Shown: positions 18,421 through 28,168 of the stretch, piece after piece
Layout: every line of letters starts with the position of its first letter
Position numbering within the stretch: the first letter of the stretch is position 1
IMG/VR virus record: IMGVR_UViG_3300001279_000002
Span: 1 to 57,354 of that record
Strand: one strand, 5' to 3'
Source of the DNA: a virus
Lineage: Duplodnaviria; Caudoviricetes
Length of the DNA: 57,354 nt
Notes under the pieces: generated by a model
What the model was told of the DNA's origin: nothing
The model's database searches: none
Seen by the model: only the letters and a program-made list of their open reading frames with translations
Program-made: the position numbers and the translations under genes

Positions 18421-18684
18421 CTACGCGAGCTGGTCCGCGGTGGGGGTGGAATCTATCTCCGCCACCAGAGGAACGATAACCACGGCCGGAGCGGCGCCAT
18501 TCGGCACAGACGGCGCGCCATGATCGCCGACGACGTGGAGAGCTCCGGCGTCATCGTAGTAGACGGAGAGGCGACCTTTGCCGTCCTTCAGGATTTTTCC
18601 CAGGGCGGCGCGCGCCGTAGAGGCGGCGATAGCCAAGCGCATTATATTGGAGTTCACTGAAAATTTAACTGGTTCGTCTGCCAT
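18421..18684 (-). CDS. Hypothetical protein
   Basis: AGGAG RBS before MADEPV; followed by a terminator-like hairpin. Confidence 0.55.
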   Translation of the reverse strand: MADEPVKFSVNSNIMRLAIAASTARAALGKILKDGKGRLSVYYDDAGALHVVGDHGAPSVPNGAAPAVVIVPLVAEIDSTPTADQLA

Positions 18685-18688
18685 GTTT

Positions 18689-19909
18689 TTAGCTCCTATC
18701 ATTGTAGTCTTTAATTACGGTAACCCTGTTTGAGGCCCTTGTTATTGCTGTGTAGAGCCACTTATTGCGATCGCGCCGAAACACTTCGCTCTGATCTGCA
18801 ACCATAACAGACGGCCACTCGCTCCCCTGGGCTTTATGGGCCGTCAATGCATACCCAAAATCAAACTCGTCTTTGTCTCGGCGGCCCCAATATGGGACGT
18901 CAAGCCCAAGGAAATGCTCTCTGTGCGCGGCGACTTCCCGCACGAATGACCCGTCATCAGCCTCTATCGTCATATTAACCGATTCTCCGTCATCCTCAGC
19001 GGCTATGACGTTGAACAACATGCCATTTAACAGGCCGCTTTCCTTGTTGTTACGAAGACAGACAATGCGGTCTCCTTTGCCCCCCTCATTACGCGGGCCT
19101 TGCGGGAAATCCCCTGTGAACCCCAGCTGGGCGCGCATGGATCTATTTGCCGCGCGGCGCGTTGGATTGGTGCCAACCAACGTTTGATCGTGGGCAAGCC
19201 CAGAACCGCGCGGAAGGTCTTTACGCCGACAAACACGGCTTTCGCCATATTCGCCCAGGCGCAGTTCTTGCCCGTTGCGAACCTGCGTCGCCAGACGGAG
19301 AACGGGGGAATCAAGCGCCGTCCGATGGACCTCCGTAAGCATCACGTCGGGGTTGTCTTGCGGGAAAAACCCAGACCCCTTGACCGGGGGGAGCTGAAAC
19401 GGATCGCCCAGGGCAAGAATAGGCGTTCCGAAAGTCATCATGTCGTGACCGATGTATTTATCGATCATACTACATTCGTCGACTATGAGCAGATCGCAGT
19501 CTTTTATTGGGCTGTCAGGGTTTAAGGAAAACGACGGTTTACTATGCCGTGCGTTCTCTTCCGCCAACTCCTTTTTTAGAACGTCAAGCTTTTCAGGGTC
19601 TGTTTCTTCCTCGATCTGGGCGCGCAGCTCGTTGATGCGCATCTGTGACTTTGCCTTGGGGTTGTACAAAAGAGAATGGATCGTAGACGCCCCAAGACAG
19701 CCCTTGCGGTTGAGCACAAGGGCGGCCTTGCCCGTGTACGCCCCAAAGAGGACGCGGCCGTCTACAGCCTCAGCAAGACCTTTGGCGATGAATGTTTTTC
19801 CTGTCCCTGCAGGACCAAACAGGCGGAAGAACTCTCCGCGCGGGTTTCCGCTGAACCAGCGCTGAAACTCCTTCAGCGCGGCGTCCTGTTGTGGTGACCA
19901 TGTTGACAT
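18689..19909 (-). CDS. SF1B RecD/Dda-like DNA helicase
   Basis: GPAGTGKT, AYTGKAA, IVDECSM, GDPFQLPPV, YALTAHKAQGSEW, LYTAITRA. Confidence 0.92.
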   Translation of the reverse strand: MSTWSPQQDAALKEFQRWFSGNPRGEFFRLFGPAGTGKTFIAKGLAEAVDGRVLFGAYTGKAALVLNRKGCLGASTIHSLLYNPKAKSQMRINELRAQIEEETDPEKLDVLKKELAEENARHSKPSFSLNPDSPIKDCDLLIVDECSMIDKYIGHDMMTFGTPILALGDPFQLPPVKGSGFFPQDNPDVMLTEVHRTALDSPVLRLATQVRNGQELRLGEYGESRVCRRKDLPRGSGLAHDQTLVGTNPTRRAANRSMRAQLGFTGDFPQGPRNEGGKGDRIVCLRNNKESGLLNGMLFNVIAAEDDGESVNMTIEADDGSFVREVAAHREHFLGLDVPYWGRRDKDEFDFGYALTAHKAQGSEWPSVMVADQSEVFRRDRNKWLYTAITRASNRVTVIKDYNDRS

Positions 19910-20174
19910 GTTGGGCTCCCTCTGGTGATAGCGCGCCAGCACGCGCCTTGGCTAAGAATCGTCCATTGGTCTGGGCTCTGCGCACACGTCGACGCGCAGG
20001 AGGGAACCGGCAGCCGTCGACGTATCGGGAAGATACACCGTGCTGGCGGCGGAGCGCAAAGCCCAGGCCAATGGATGATTTAAGGAGCGGGGGAGGACAG
20101 CAACGCCAGAAGCAGAACCTCCCCCTTTCTGCGCGGACGGATGGGCCCGCGCAGAATTACAGTTCTTGTGACAG

Positions 20175-21116
20175 TCAGAAAGGCATCTCTTCGTCGACGT
20201 CTTCAGCGTCGGCCTTACGGAAGCCATTTCCGCCTTCAGAAACGGCGGCGCCCTGGGCGTCAAGGCTCTTTTCCGTCGCTTCCGTCATTCCCCCAGAAGC
20301 GCACAGATTGTAGAATTCCTTAACGGCCTGAAACAAAAGGCTCCCCGTGGGGATGCAGCTTTCAATCGCGCCCGTCTTGGCGTTGCCGAATGCGAGATTC
20401 CACGCAATGTTATAGGAGTCGCCTTCAGAATGAGACTGGGCCTTAGTTTGGACGCGCCAGACATGGGAATACAGAGGGAATGACTTTGAAGTCCCAGGAA
20501 TACGCATGAGGCGCTTACGCCCCAGCATAGTTTTGAACACGCCTATCTTCGTTGAGAAGTGAGGGATAACGGCCTGCTCAAATTCGTAAGTGTCCCAGTT
20601 AACTCCGTCTGCGGTGATAAATGCATCTTCATCAATACTCACGCCGTATACGGAATACGTATCAATGAGGTCGTTTCCTTCTGGCGAGGAAATCTTTCCA
20701 AAGGGCTTATTTTCAGCCTTCGCCGCTGCAACGGCGTCTTGCACGAACGCGTCATGGGGCTGATGAATTCCAACAAACCCCCCGCCAAGCTTGCGCGGGC
20801 GCCACTCGTTAAATGTATGGATGAAGTAACAGGGGACAAACAAAATTCCCCGTTCCTTCTCCTTCATGTCAGATGGATACGCGACTCCCGTAACTGTATT
20901 GTACAGCATGCCCTCACGGACAGAACCGTCACGACAAGCCTTGACGGGGTCAGACAACGACTGAAGGACGTTGAAAAATGGGATTTTAAAATCGCCAGCT
21001 TCCGCGTTTTCGAATCCAGCTCCCTGATCATCATCGCCGTAATCGTATCCGGCGGGCAAACCAGCCGGGGCAGCTACGGTAAGGGACTTATTCTCTTCTG
21101 TTTTCTTGGCGTTCAT
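20175..21116 (-). CDS. Probable single-stranded DNA-binding protein
   Basis: GFEN...IPF..LQ..S, EWRPR..GGGFVG; acidic tail ending DEEMPF. Confidence 0.65.
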   Translation of the reverse strand: MNAKKTEENKSLTVAAPAGLPAGYDYGDDDQGAGFENAEAGDFKIPFFNVLQSLSDPVKACRDGSVREGMLYNTVTGVAYPSDMKEKERGILFVPCYFIHTFNEWRPRKLGGGFVGIHQPHDAFVQDAVAAAKAENKPFGKISSPEGNDLIDTYSVYGVSIDEDAFITADGVNWDTYEFEQAVIPHFSTKIGVFKTMLGRKRLMRIPGTSKSFPLYSHVWRVQTKAQSHSEGDSYNIAWNLAFGNAKTGAIESCIPTGSLLFQAVKEFYNLCASGGMTEATEKSLDAQGAAVSEGGNGFRKADAEDVDEEMPF

Positions 21117-21154
21117 GTCATTCCTCAAAAATTGTAAATGGAGGTCTCACGAGG

Positions 21155-21829
21155 CTAGGCCGACTTTTTCTTACCGCCGCCCTTGCCCTTCGCCGTAACT
21201 ATAGCCGCCCGCTGGCGTATGAACAGGGATAACAACGATGCGAGTGATCTCTCATCGCCGCGCTCCGCCATCGCCGGAGTTGGCTGGCTGAGGTCATAGC
21301 CTTCCGCCAACAACTCCCGCGCCAGGGCGCAGAGCGTTTGCGCGTGGACGGTCGACACGTCGGACGTAGGGAACCCTAAATCACCCAGCGCCGACCGCGC
21401 CGCCTGCACGTCGGTGACGCTGGTTCCCCGGTCAATGCTGATCGCCAGCCCCCACTTAATGACGTCTCCCTGATCAATCTCTATGAGCGCCTCCAGAGCG
21501 TCGAGTCGATTTGCATGCGAAATCGCCGCCTTGACGTCGTCCTTGAGTTTGATGGAGCTGTTGTCCGACAAGGCAAACGAATCGAGCCCCGAGTCCTCCA
21601 TAATCTCCGGAATAACATCCGTAAGCAGGCTCTCCGCCAGGGCGTCGACAATCTTTTGTTGCTTGCCCAGAGCCTCGGAGAGCGCCTCCGCGTAGACGGC
21701 GACGGCCGCAAGGGCCGTCAGCTTTTTGATCACGTCAGGCCGCCTGTACGCGGCGGACAGCTCCGCGCGCGCCTGGGCAAGGGAGTGCGCTCCGTTAAGG
21801 AGCGCCGCATCTTCAGGTAAATCGTCCAT
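21155..21829 (-). CDS. Conserved replication-module hypothetical protein
   Basis: IPEIMEDSGLDSFALSD...VHAQTL pattern usually found next to this SSB type. Confidence 0.6.
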   Translation of the reverse strand: MDDLPEDAALLNGAHSLAQARAELSAAYRRPDVIKKLTALAAVAVYAEALSEALGKQQKIVDALAESLLTDVIPEIMEDSGLDSFALSDNSSIKLKDDVKAAISHANRLDALEALIEIDQGDVIKWGLAISIDRGTSVTDVQAARSALGDLGFPTSDVSTVHAQTLCALARELLAEGYDLSQPTPAMAERGDERSLASLLSLFIRQRAAIVTAKGKGGGKKKSA

Positions 21830-21862
21830 GTGAACAGCCTCTCTACAGCTGGTTTGCGAGGG

Positions 21863-22174
21863 TCAGTCTTCGCGGATGTGCGGCGCCCGGCAAGGCGTCG
21901 CCATCACAACAAAGCGCGGGGTTGTCTGACCATCAGGGCGCCAAAACTTCCGCCGCTGGGCGAACTCCCACACAGAGAAGGACTCCCCATGCAGGCGGGC
22001 GGCGGAGCGGCTCCATTCCAGTACGGCGAGGCGTTTGGCCTCCTCCAGTGTCCGCCCAGGGGAGCCGACGGCATGGACGGGGCGCGCAAGACACACCGAC
22101 GAGCGCGCCTCCGCAGCGGTGGAAAGAAGCGTCAGCGAAATAAGGGCTGACGCGATAACGATATGATTAAGCAA
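21863..22174 (-). CDS. Small putative exported protein
   Basis: TTG start after AGGAGG; hydrophobic signal-like N-terminus ending AEA; two Cys. Confidence 0.55.
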   Translation of the reverse strand: MLNHIVIASALISLTLLSTAAEARSSVCLARPVHAVGSPGRTLEEAKRLAVLEWSRSAARLHGESFSVWEFAQRRKFWRPDGQTTPRFVVMATPCRAPHIRED

Positions 22175-22862
22175 GGGGGCCTCCTGTTGTGAAAACAATA
22201 TAGTCAACGTGCGGCGGGATGCTGTCGGGGTTGTCCACGCCCTCATCAGACACGCCGTCCGGCGTGTTGTAGCCGAGCATTCCGATAACGAGGTTTTGGA
22301 CAAGCGCGTCAGGATCAAAGTCGGATGACGCCCCGTTCATGGTCGAACAACGCACGGCGTAGCGGGCGGCGGCGGACACTTTCTCGATAAGCGCCAGCCG
22401 CAGGCGGAGGTTGTTCCGGCCGACGCGGAGCGGCATGGGCGGAATGTTCGGCTCACCTGGGTTAGCCGTAAGCCAATGATCATCCGGGAGCCCGGAACCG
22501 TCTGGGAGGCGCGCCGCGTGCTGATCCGCGCGGATCGCAGGGCCGCCCTGGGCAAACGCCCTGACATAATCGGCGTCCGTGGCGCCGCCGAACAATTCGC
22601 ACGGATCATAAGGATGTGACGTGTCCCCCTCCGTGGCGAGGCGTACGGCCATAGCGGCGGTTTGAACAGCCTCTTTCAAGATGGCGCGCGCATCGCCGCC
22701 TTGATGTTTATGCTCAAGAACAGACTTAACTGTCTCGCCTGCCTCTTCCGCCATGGCCAACACTAAATCTTGCGTGCTCGGCCATAATTTACGGGCGCTC
22801 GATAACTCATCACGCACCATATTGAGAAACAACTCATCATACGGCGTTGGTCTACCTGTCAT
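22167..22862 (-). CDS. MazG-like NTP pyrophosphatase domain protein with C-terminal extra domain
   Basis: AMAEEAGE...LKEAVQTAAMAVR. Confidence 0.55.
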   Translation of the reverse strand: MTGRPTPYDELFLNMVRDELSSARKLWPSTQDLVLAMAEEAGETVKSVLEHKHQGGDARAILKEAVQTAAMAVRLATEGDTSHPYDPCELFGGATDADYVRAFAQGGPAIRADQHAARLPDGSGLPDDHWLTANPGEPNIPPMPLRVGRNNLRLRLALIEKVSAAARYAVRCSTMNGASSDFDPDALVQNLVIGMLGYNTPDGVSDEGVDNPDSIPPHVDYIVFTTGGPLA

Positions 22863-23724
22863 GCCGTGATCCAATCCCATTGGCTAAGTTAAGATAATGC
22901 TGCGCGGTAAACCGCACGTCTGGTTTATCCTGGATGTTTTTCAGCACCCATTCATAATAGTTTGGAGGGACGTTCGCCCAGAGCTTCCCCTTGTGCATGC
23001 CAAACCCCACCTTGTGCAGGAGAGACGGCCGCGTGCTCCACTCATGGAGAAGCTTCATATGGGGCGCGCTCACGTCACCCAGGCCCCTGATATCGGCGAA
23101 CCCCATCTCGCCAAACGTCCGGCCGCCGTGGTCCGTGGTCCACATATGCTGGAGCGCGGCGCGGAGAATATGCGCTGTCACGTAGGCGTCAGGGCCCGCC
23201 CTGTGCGCCATGTTGGCGTATTTGCGATCAACACCGCCGTGGGGCGCGTGCATCCGGCCTGTCGCCGCCAACCAGTAGCGAAGGACTTGATTCGTATGGG
23301 CGGGGGCGTCAGGCCATAGCTCCCGCGCTACGCGCAGCGTATCGATCACAGGGAGGCCGCCCGTGACTTCCGGCGTGACCCACTGCTCGTCAAACCGACT
23401 GTTGTGCATCGCCACGTAGTCAAAGCGCCGGGGCGCGCCGTTTTCGTCATAGCCCAGGAGGCGCGCCCCATAGCTGCTGATGATCGCCGGGGCGGACTCC
23501 CATGACGGCGCGCCCATAACGTCGTCATTCACAATATGATGGACGGCAGACACCTCCGGAGGAATGGCCACGCCAGGATCAATAAAATACGACTCCGCGA
23601 AGTCGATTGCCTGATCGTGGCAGCTTGGCCACGACAGGCAACACAGCCCAATGTCAACGACCGCCGCGCCAGCCGCGCGGCTAAACCCTGTCGACTCCGT
23701 GTCAACAACAAGAATCTCCGTCAT
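22852..23724 (-). CDS. DEDDh 3'-5' exonuclease (ExoX/DnaQ-like)
   Basis: VDTEST, HNSRFD, AHRAGPD; C-terminal FGMHKG..W..VP..Y. Confidence 0.9.
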   Translation of the reverse strand: MTEILVVDTESTGFSRAAGAAVVDIGLCCLSWPSCHDQAIDFAESYFIDPGVAIPPEVSAVHHIVNDDVMGAPSWESAPAIISSYGARLLGYDENGAPRRFDYVAMHNSRFDEQWVTPEVTGGLPVIDTLRVARELWPDAPAHTNQVLRYWLAATGRMHAPHGGVDRKYANMAHRAGPDAYVTAHILRAALQHMWTTDHGGRTFGEMGFADIRGLGDVSAPHMKLLHEWSTRPSLLHKVGFGMHKGKLWANVPPNYYEWVLKNIQDKPDVRFTAQHYLNLANGIGSRHDR

Positions 23725-24014
23725 AGCGCGTCAACCTCCTGCGTGGGCGCGCTGGCGGCTTCTACTGGGGCTTCGTCTTCTTTAACGCCGCCTACCTCCG
23801 TGGGGACGGCCCCCGGCGCAGCGCCATAAGTGTTGTATGTGACATGGTCCCCGTCAATGCGTATGCCACAACACATATTCTGCTCTCCAATGGTATTTGC
23901 AAGAATACGTGCAGATGTGGCCATTTCAAGAAGAGCTTTCGCTAAAGTCTCCGCCGCACGCGTCTGTGGTGTATTCCCAACTTCTATGTTTGTATCATTT
24001 ATAGTCGTATACAT
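23721..24014 (-). CDS. Hypothetical protein
   Basis: 97 aa, coupled to neighbours. Confidence 0.55.
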   Translation of the reverse strand: MYTTINDTNIEVGNTPQTRAAETLAKALLEMATSARILANTIGEQNMCCGIRIDGDHVTYNTYGAAPGAVPTEVGGVKEDEAPVEAASAPTQEVDAL

Positions 24015-24016
24015 TA

Positions 24017-25489
24017 TTAGTCCTCCTTTTCAAACCATGTAAGTTTCTCATCCCCAAGCACTATGTCAGAGATATTTTTCTTCATGCGCAGAGCGCGCAA
24101 AATGGCGCGGTCCATACTCCCACGGGCGACGATATCGGTATACGTCACCTTATTTACTTGCCCAATCCGGTGATTGCGGTCCTCGGATTGGAGCCTGTCG
24201 CCAAGGCGGTAACTGTTGCTGTAATAAATCGTCTGATTAGCGGCCGTCATGGTCCAGCCTTCCCCGGCCGCCGCTGGCGTCCCCACGAAAAACTGTGCGC
24301 CCCCGGCCTGGATGGCGGCGACGGCGCGGACGCGGTCAGCCTGGGGGACAGACCCATCTATTTTTACGGCGCGCTTGCCCAGAAGGCTCATGATCTTATC
24401 GACGTCGCGGCGATAGCGCGCCCAGATCAGGCATTGATCTGTCCCCATGTCCTCAATAAGCTCTCCCAGGAGGTCAAGGCGCGGGTTGTCCTTGAGGTCC
24501 GTTATTTCGTCTTCGCCGTCGAGCCTGACATAGCCAAGCGTAATCTGCTGCATGCGCATCATGCGCGTTATCGCCATTTCGGCGGACACAGCGCCGCTGT
24601 CAGGGTCCGCGCTCTTGAGCCATGTCACGAAATCGGCTTTCAGGTCCGCGTACATCCGTTTTTGCTCCGCGCTCATGTCATAGGCCATGACGCGGTAGAC
24701 CTTAGGTGGCAAGTCCAAAACGTCGGACTTAACGACGCGTGATGAAATGGGGCGGACAAGGCGGCCAAGCTCCGGAAGGTTGACGCATTTCTTGAGCGTC
24801 TCATATTGGCGGCCCATGCTGTCCTTCCGCCGCTCCCACTCGCCAAAATAGTGCTTGAACGCGGTGAACGATCCAAAACCCTGCGATTTCCAGTAACCGG
24901 GGAACACCCACTCAATTTGCGAATAAAAATCAAAGGGGCTTTGAGAAATCGGCGTCCCTGTCATCGAGCGCCTGTACTTCGCCAGATGTCGGATCGCCAT
25001 CAGGGCCTTAGTCCGTTCCGCCTTTGGGTTCTTGATTCGTGCGCTTTCGTCCACGATCATGATGGAGCGCCGGACGGTCAGGAAATCAGCGAGCGCCTCT
25101 TTCGCCGCGTCCGTCGCCAGGGCGCCGTAACCCATCATGAGCCAGCTCATCCCAGGATGCTCAAGCGTGGCCTTAAAGTCGGCTTTCACCGCCGCCCGCT
25201 TGGCTGTCTTGGAGTCCCACACATGCGACCGTGTGACGCTCATAACGCGGTCTGGGAGATGCGCCGGAAGTTCGTTATCTCGCCAATTGGAGTGCACGCC
25301 GTTCGGAGCTATAACAACGCCGCCGTCTATAAGGCCCTGCAAATAGAGCCACGCCGCCGTGTCGACGCCCAGCTTGGATTTCCCGCAACCCTGTTCCCAG
25401 TGTATGCAGAAACCCGTCTGGTTTCGCGTCTCCGCGAACAGTTTCCCCTGATGAGAAAAGGGCTTTGTCTTGAATGGGTAGTCTGGCAT
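24017..25489 (-). CDS. SNF2-family SF2 helicase (first copy)
   Basis: EQGCGKS, VDES, MTGTP, QSEDRNHRIGQ. Confidence 0.92.
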   Translation of the reverse strand: MPDYPFKTKPFSHQGKLFAETRNQTGFCIHWEQGCGKSKLGVDTAAWLYLQGLIDGGVVIAPNGVHSNWRDNELPAHLPDRVMSVTRSHVWDSKTAKRAAVKADFKATLEHPGMSWLMMGYGALATDAAKEALADFLTVRRSIMIVDESARIKNPKAERTKALMAIRHLAKYRRSMTGTPISQSPFDFYSQIEWVFPGYWKSQGFGSFTAFKHYFGEWERRKDSMGRQYETLKKCVNLPELGRLVRPISSRVVKSDVLDLPPKVYRVMAYDMSAEQKRMYADLKADFVTWLKSADPDSGAVSAEMAITRMMRMQQITLGYVRLDGEDEITDLKDNPRLDLLGELIEDMGTDQCLIWARYRRDVDKIMSLLGKRAVKIDGSVPQADRVRAVAAIQAGGAQFFVGTPAAAGEGWTMTAANQTIYYSNSYRLGDRLQSEDRNHRIGQVNKVTYTDIVARGSMDRAILRALRMKKNISDIVLGDEKLTWFEKED

Positions 25490-25545
25490 TGGCTCCTCCT
25501 AAGGAAACCAATACCAGACCAGCAAAAGCCGGAAACCGCAAAACA

Positions 25546-26073
25546 TCACTGCGCGGCGTCATTTTGCATTGACCGCCCACGAAGAATCGAGCGGGGAAGG
25601 CTGCGGAGGGCTTCGTCAAGTTTGCCCTCCGCTCGCGACAGCTGCGCGCCGAACTGAAACACGGCTCCGCGCTGCTCCTTGAGCTCCGTCGTCAACACCT
25701 GGATATCACCTGATATCCGCGCGTCCGCCTCGGATGTGTGCTTCTCCAGCTGCGCAATCTTCTCCACGGCCTTGACAACGTCGTCCTGCTTCGCCGGGGC
25801 TGACAGCCAACCCGACGAATGCAAAAACGTCCCGATCGAAAAGAGCGCGGCCACGACGGCGGCGGCGGAACTCCAGTTCCGAAAATACCACGGAGGTAGC
25901 ACACCCTCAGATGGGGGTGGACTTTTCCGACGCGGCGCCCGTTTTTTCATTGGCGGCTTTCGCGCGTCAACCACCCATGCGGCCCCGACGCCGGTGGCCG
26001 CATGCATAACGCGTTGCACCTTGGGCGTGAGTTTTTCGGCGCCGTCCACACGGCGCATGTCTTCGAATTCCAT
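25546..26073 (-). CDS. Single-TM coiled-coil membrane protein (possible lysis accessory)
   Basis: TM AAAVVAALFSIGTFL followed by coiled coil; downstream of endolysin. Confidence 0.5.
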   Translation of the reverse strand: MEFEDMRRVDGAEKLTPKVQRVMHAATGVGAAWVVDARKPPMKKRAPRRKSPPPSEGVLPPWYFRNWSSAAAVVAALFSIGTFLHSSGWLSAPAKQDDVVKAVEKIAQLEKHTSEADARISGDIQVLTTELKEQRGAVFQFGAQLSRAEGKLDEALRSLPRSILRGRSMQNDAAQ

Positions 26074-26442
26074 AGCGACTCCCCCTGTTTGTCGCGTTGG
26101 CGGGGGCCTGCCCAGGCTCAAACTGGCGGCCCCCATTAACGTGCGTCCATCCTCACAAAATTGCATGCAACTTTCACCAATTTTACGGCGCAATCCCGCA
26201 AAAGAGGGGGGTGCATACAATTTTTTACGCCGCGCTGAGGTATTTTTCACAAGCCCGAACAACGCCGCAGGACCTCCGCCCACGCTGCGCCGCCAGTCGC
26301 CTGACCCAAATCCCTGTCAGCCGCAGACGTCCTCGGCCGCGGCCCAGGAGGCACGCCGTACAGGCGCGGGGGCGGCCGTTACAGCGAATTGGGCAAGCCT
26401 GAAGCGTGTGTTTCCATCGTTGGGATAACGTCATGTCGCGCC

Positions 26443-27282
26443 TCATACATGCGAGAGGTAGGCGTTGTTAATCCAGCCCTCCGCCAGCGTCGACGTCTCG
26501 CGAGCCAGCGTCCAGACCTCCGTTTTTCCGTCGTTCACGAATTCGCCGCTCCTGAGAGGCTCAAGACTCGCGCCCACGGGGATAGCTGTCACGACGTTGT
26601 CGGCGTAGCTGGGCCATCGCCGTAACACAGCGGCGACGATCGTTGTAACGATGGGGGCGCCGTCGTCATCGTGGCCGCCGAACAGATGCGCGCGGAGATA
26701 CTCCAACGGGAAAAAGGGATTCGTGTCGACTTTACGGCCGGGGGCGATCTCCCAATGCGTTGTTATCGCCTGAATAGGGTAGGCGCCCTTAAGCGCACGG
26801 CAGATATCCGTGATCATGGCGATCTGTTCCGCCGTATAATCCATCCACCATGCCTCTGGGTGGTGCTCATCCTTGGCGCGGCGGATGTTGAACGGGATCA
26901 GGTCATAATTCTTACGATCCGGCCCGATCGCAGATTTTCCGTTGGCGTGCAATGTCATTTCGCCAGGGTTTACAATTTCGATTCCGACGCTAAACGCGTT
27001 GCAACCAGAACGGCCTCGCCAGGAGGACTTGCCCGCGTGCCACGCCACGACGTCAAAGGGGACAAGCTGTGTGATGGAGCCATCCCGCCCAACGACAAGA
27101 TGGGCGGAAACCTTGGCGGCCGGGTCCGTGAGCCAGCTTATGGGGCCGTCAGAATTGAGGCCGCTGGCCGTGTCGTGGAGCACGATAAGCGTGGGCGTGA
27201 GCGCGCCGCCGTGGTTCGGGCTCCGTTTGAAGGCGATGGGCTGGCCGCCATCGCCGGTAAGCATGTGGTTTACAATTTTCAT
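26443..27282 (-). CDS. Endolysin, N-acetylmuramoyl-L-alanine amidase (Amidase_2) with SH3-like C-terminus
   Basis: IVLHDTA, VSAH, AWHAG.S, SVGIEIVN, THWEIAPGRKVD; C-terminal EGWINNAYL. Confidence 0.9.
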   Translation of the reverse strand: MKIVNHMLTGDGGQPIAFKRSPNHGGALTPTLIVLHDTASGLNSDGPISWLTDPAAKVSAHLVVGRDGSITQLVPFDVVAWHAGKSSWRGRSGCNAFSVGIEIVNPGEMTLHANGKSAIGPDRKNYDLIPFNIRRAKDEHHPEAWWMDYTAEQIAMITDICRALKGAYPIQAITTHWEIAPGRKVDTNPFFPLEYLRAHLFGGHDDDGAPIVTTIVAAVLRRWPSYADNVVTAIPVGASLEPLRSGEFVNDGKTEVWTLARETSTLAEGWINNAYLSHV

Positions 27283-27428
27283 AAGCGCCCCCGTGGGTTG
27301 TGTGTCGGATACGTCATGGTAGCGGGGGGCGCCAAAGACTGCCAGAGAGGATGCTATTGACAAAATTTCTGTCACGGTACAGTGTGGCGCAGTAGTGTAG
27401 AGTGTTTTTAATGAGTGGAACCCAAAAA

Positions 27429-27698
27429 ATGAACATACCAGACGTCACAGATGTGGAAGCTCGCGGAAGCGCCGCCGTCGCCGTGGGGGATATGCTCCTG
27501 ACAACAAAGCAGGTCCTATCAGTAGTAAACATGTCGCGCACATGGTTGGAGGCAGCGCTTCGTGATGGATCGTTCCCTAAGCCGTTGCCCGTGTCGGCCG
27601 GTAAGGGTGAGTTTAAAAAGGGCGGCGTTCGCCTGTGGAGCGCCAAGACGGTGGCAAAGTGGATTGAAGACCTTCAGGCAAAGAACAGCGGTGTATAA
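27429..27698 (+). CDS. AlpA/excisionase-like HTH protein
   Basis: LLTTKQV...MSRTWL....G.FPKP....W....V..WI. Confidence 0.75.
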   Translation: MNIPDVTDVEARGSAAVAVGDMLLTTKQVLSVVNMSRTWLEAALRDGSFPKPLPVSAGKGEFKKGGVRLWSAKTVAKWIEDLQAKNSGV

Positions 27699-27931
27699 TG
27701 ACCGATGCTTCAGCTAAATCTTCTTTTACACATGTCAGAATAAAAGAAGACGACCAAGGAAGACTGATACCTGCCAATACAACATGCTGCCCATATAGCG
27801 GAAATGTACCATGTAAGGCTAAGAGTACGCTATGCAGCCGATACAGAGGAACAAGAAAAAGCTCTATTGGGCTCACATGCGTTCTATGTAATACAGTCGG
27901 GTACGTGGATCATGTGTACATAGAGCTATAG
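27698..27931 (+). CDS. Small Cys-rich hypothetical protein
   Basis: AT-rich, TAATG overlap with upstream gene, 6 Cys. Confidence 0.4.
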   Translation: MTDASAKSSFTHVRIKEDDQGRLIPANTTCCPYSGNVPCKAKSTLCSRYRGTRKSSIGLTCVLCNTVGYVDHVYIEL

Positions 27932-28168
27932 GACTGATGTATAAAGGCAACTGTAAACAAAGTTTACAGTGTGGCCAAGACGACTCAGTCAACAAAATTC
28001 GTATCGAGGCGCAGGAATAAAATATTGTCGCACATCAAAGTTTTGCCTAGACGGCGGCCGGAGGATAGGCGCAAAAAGGAGTCCTTGGCCCTGAAAAGAA
28101 AGAACCCGCCCCACAGACATGGGACGGGTTCAAAGACTTAATCAACGTTTTCCAAGGACGAGGTAAAC

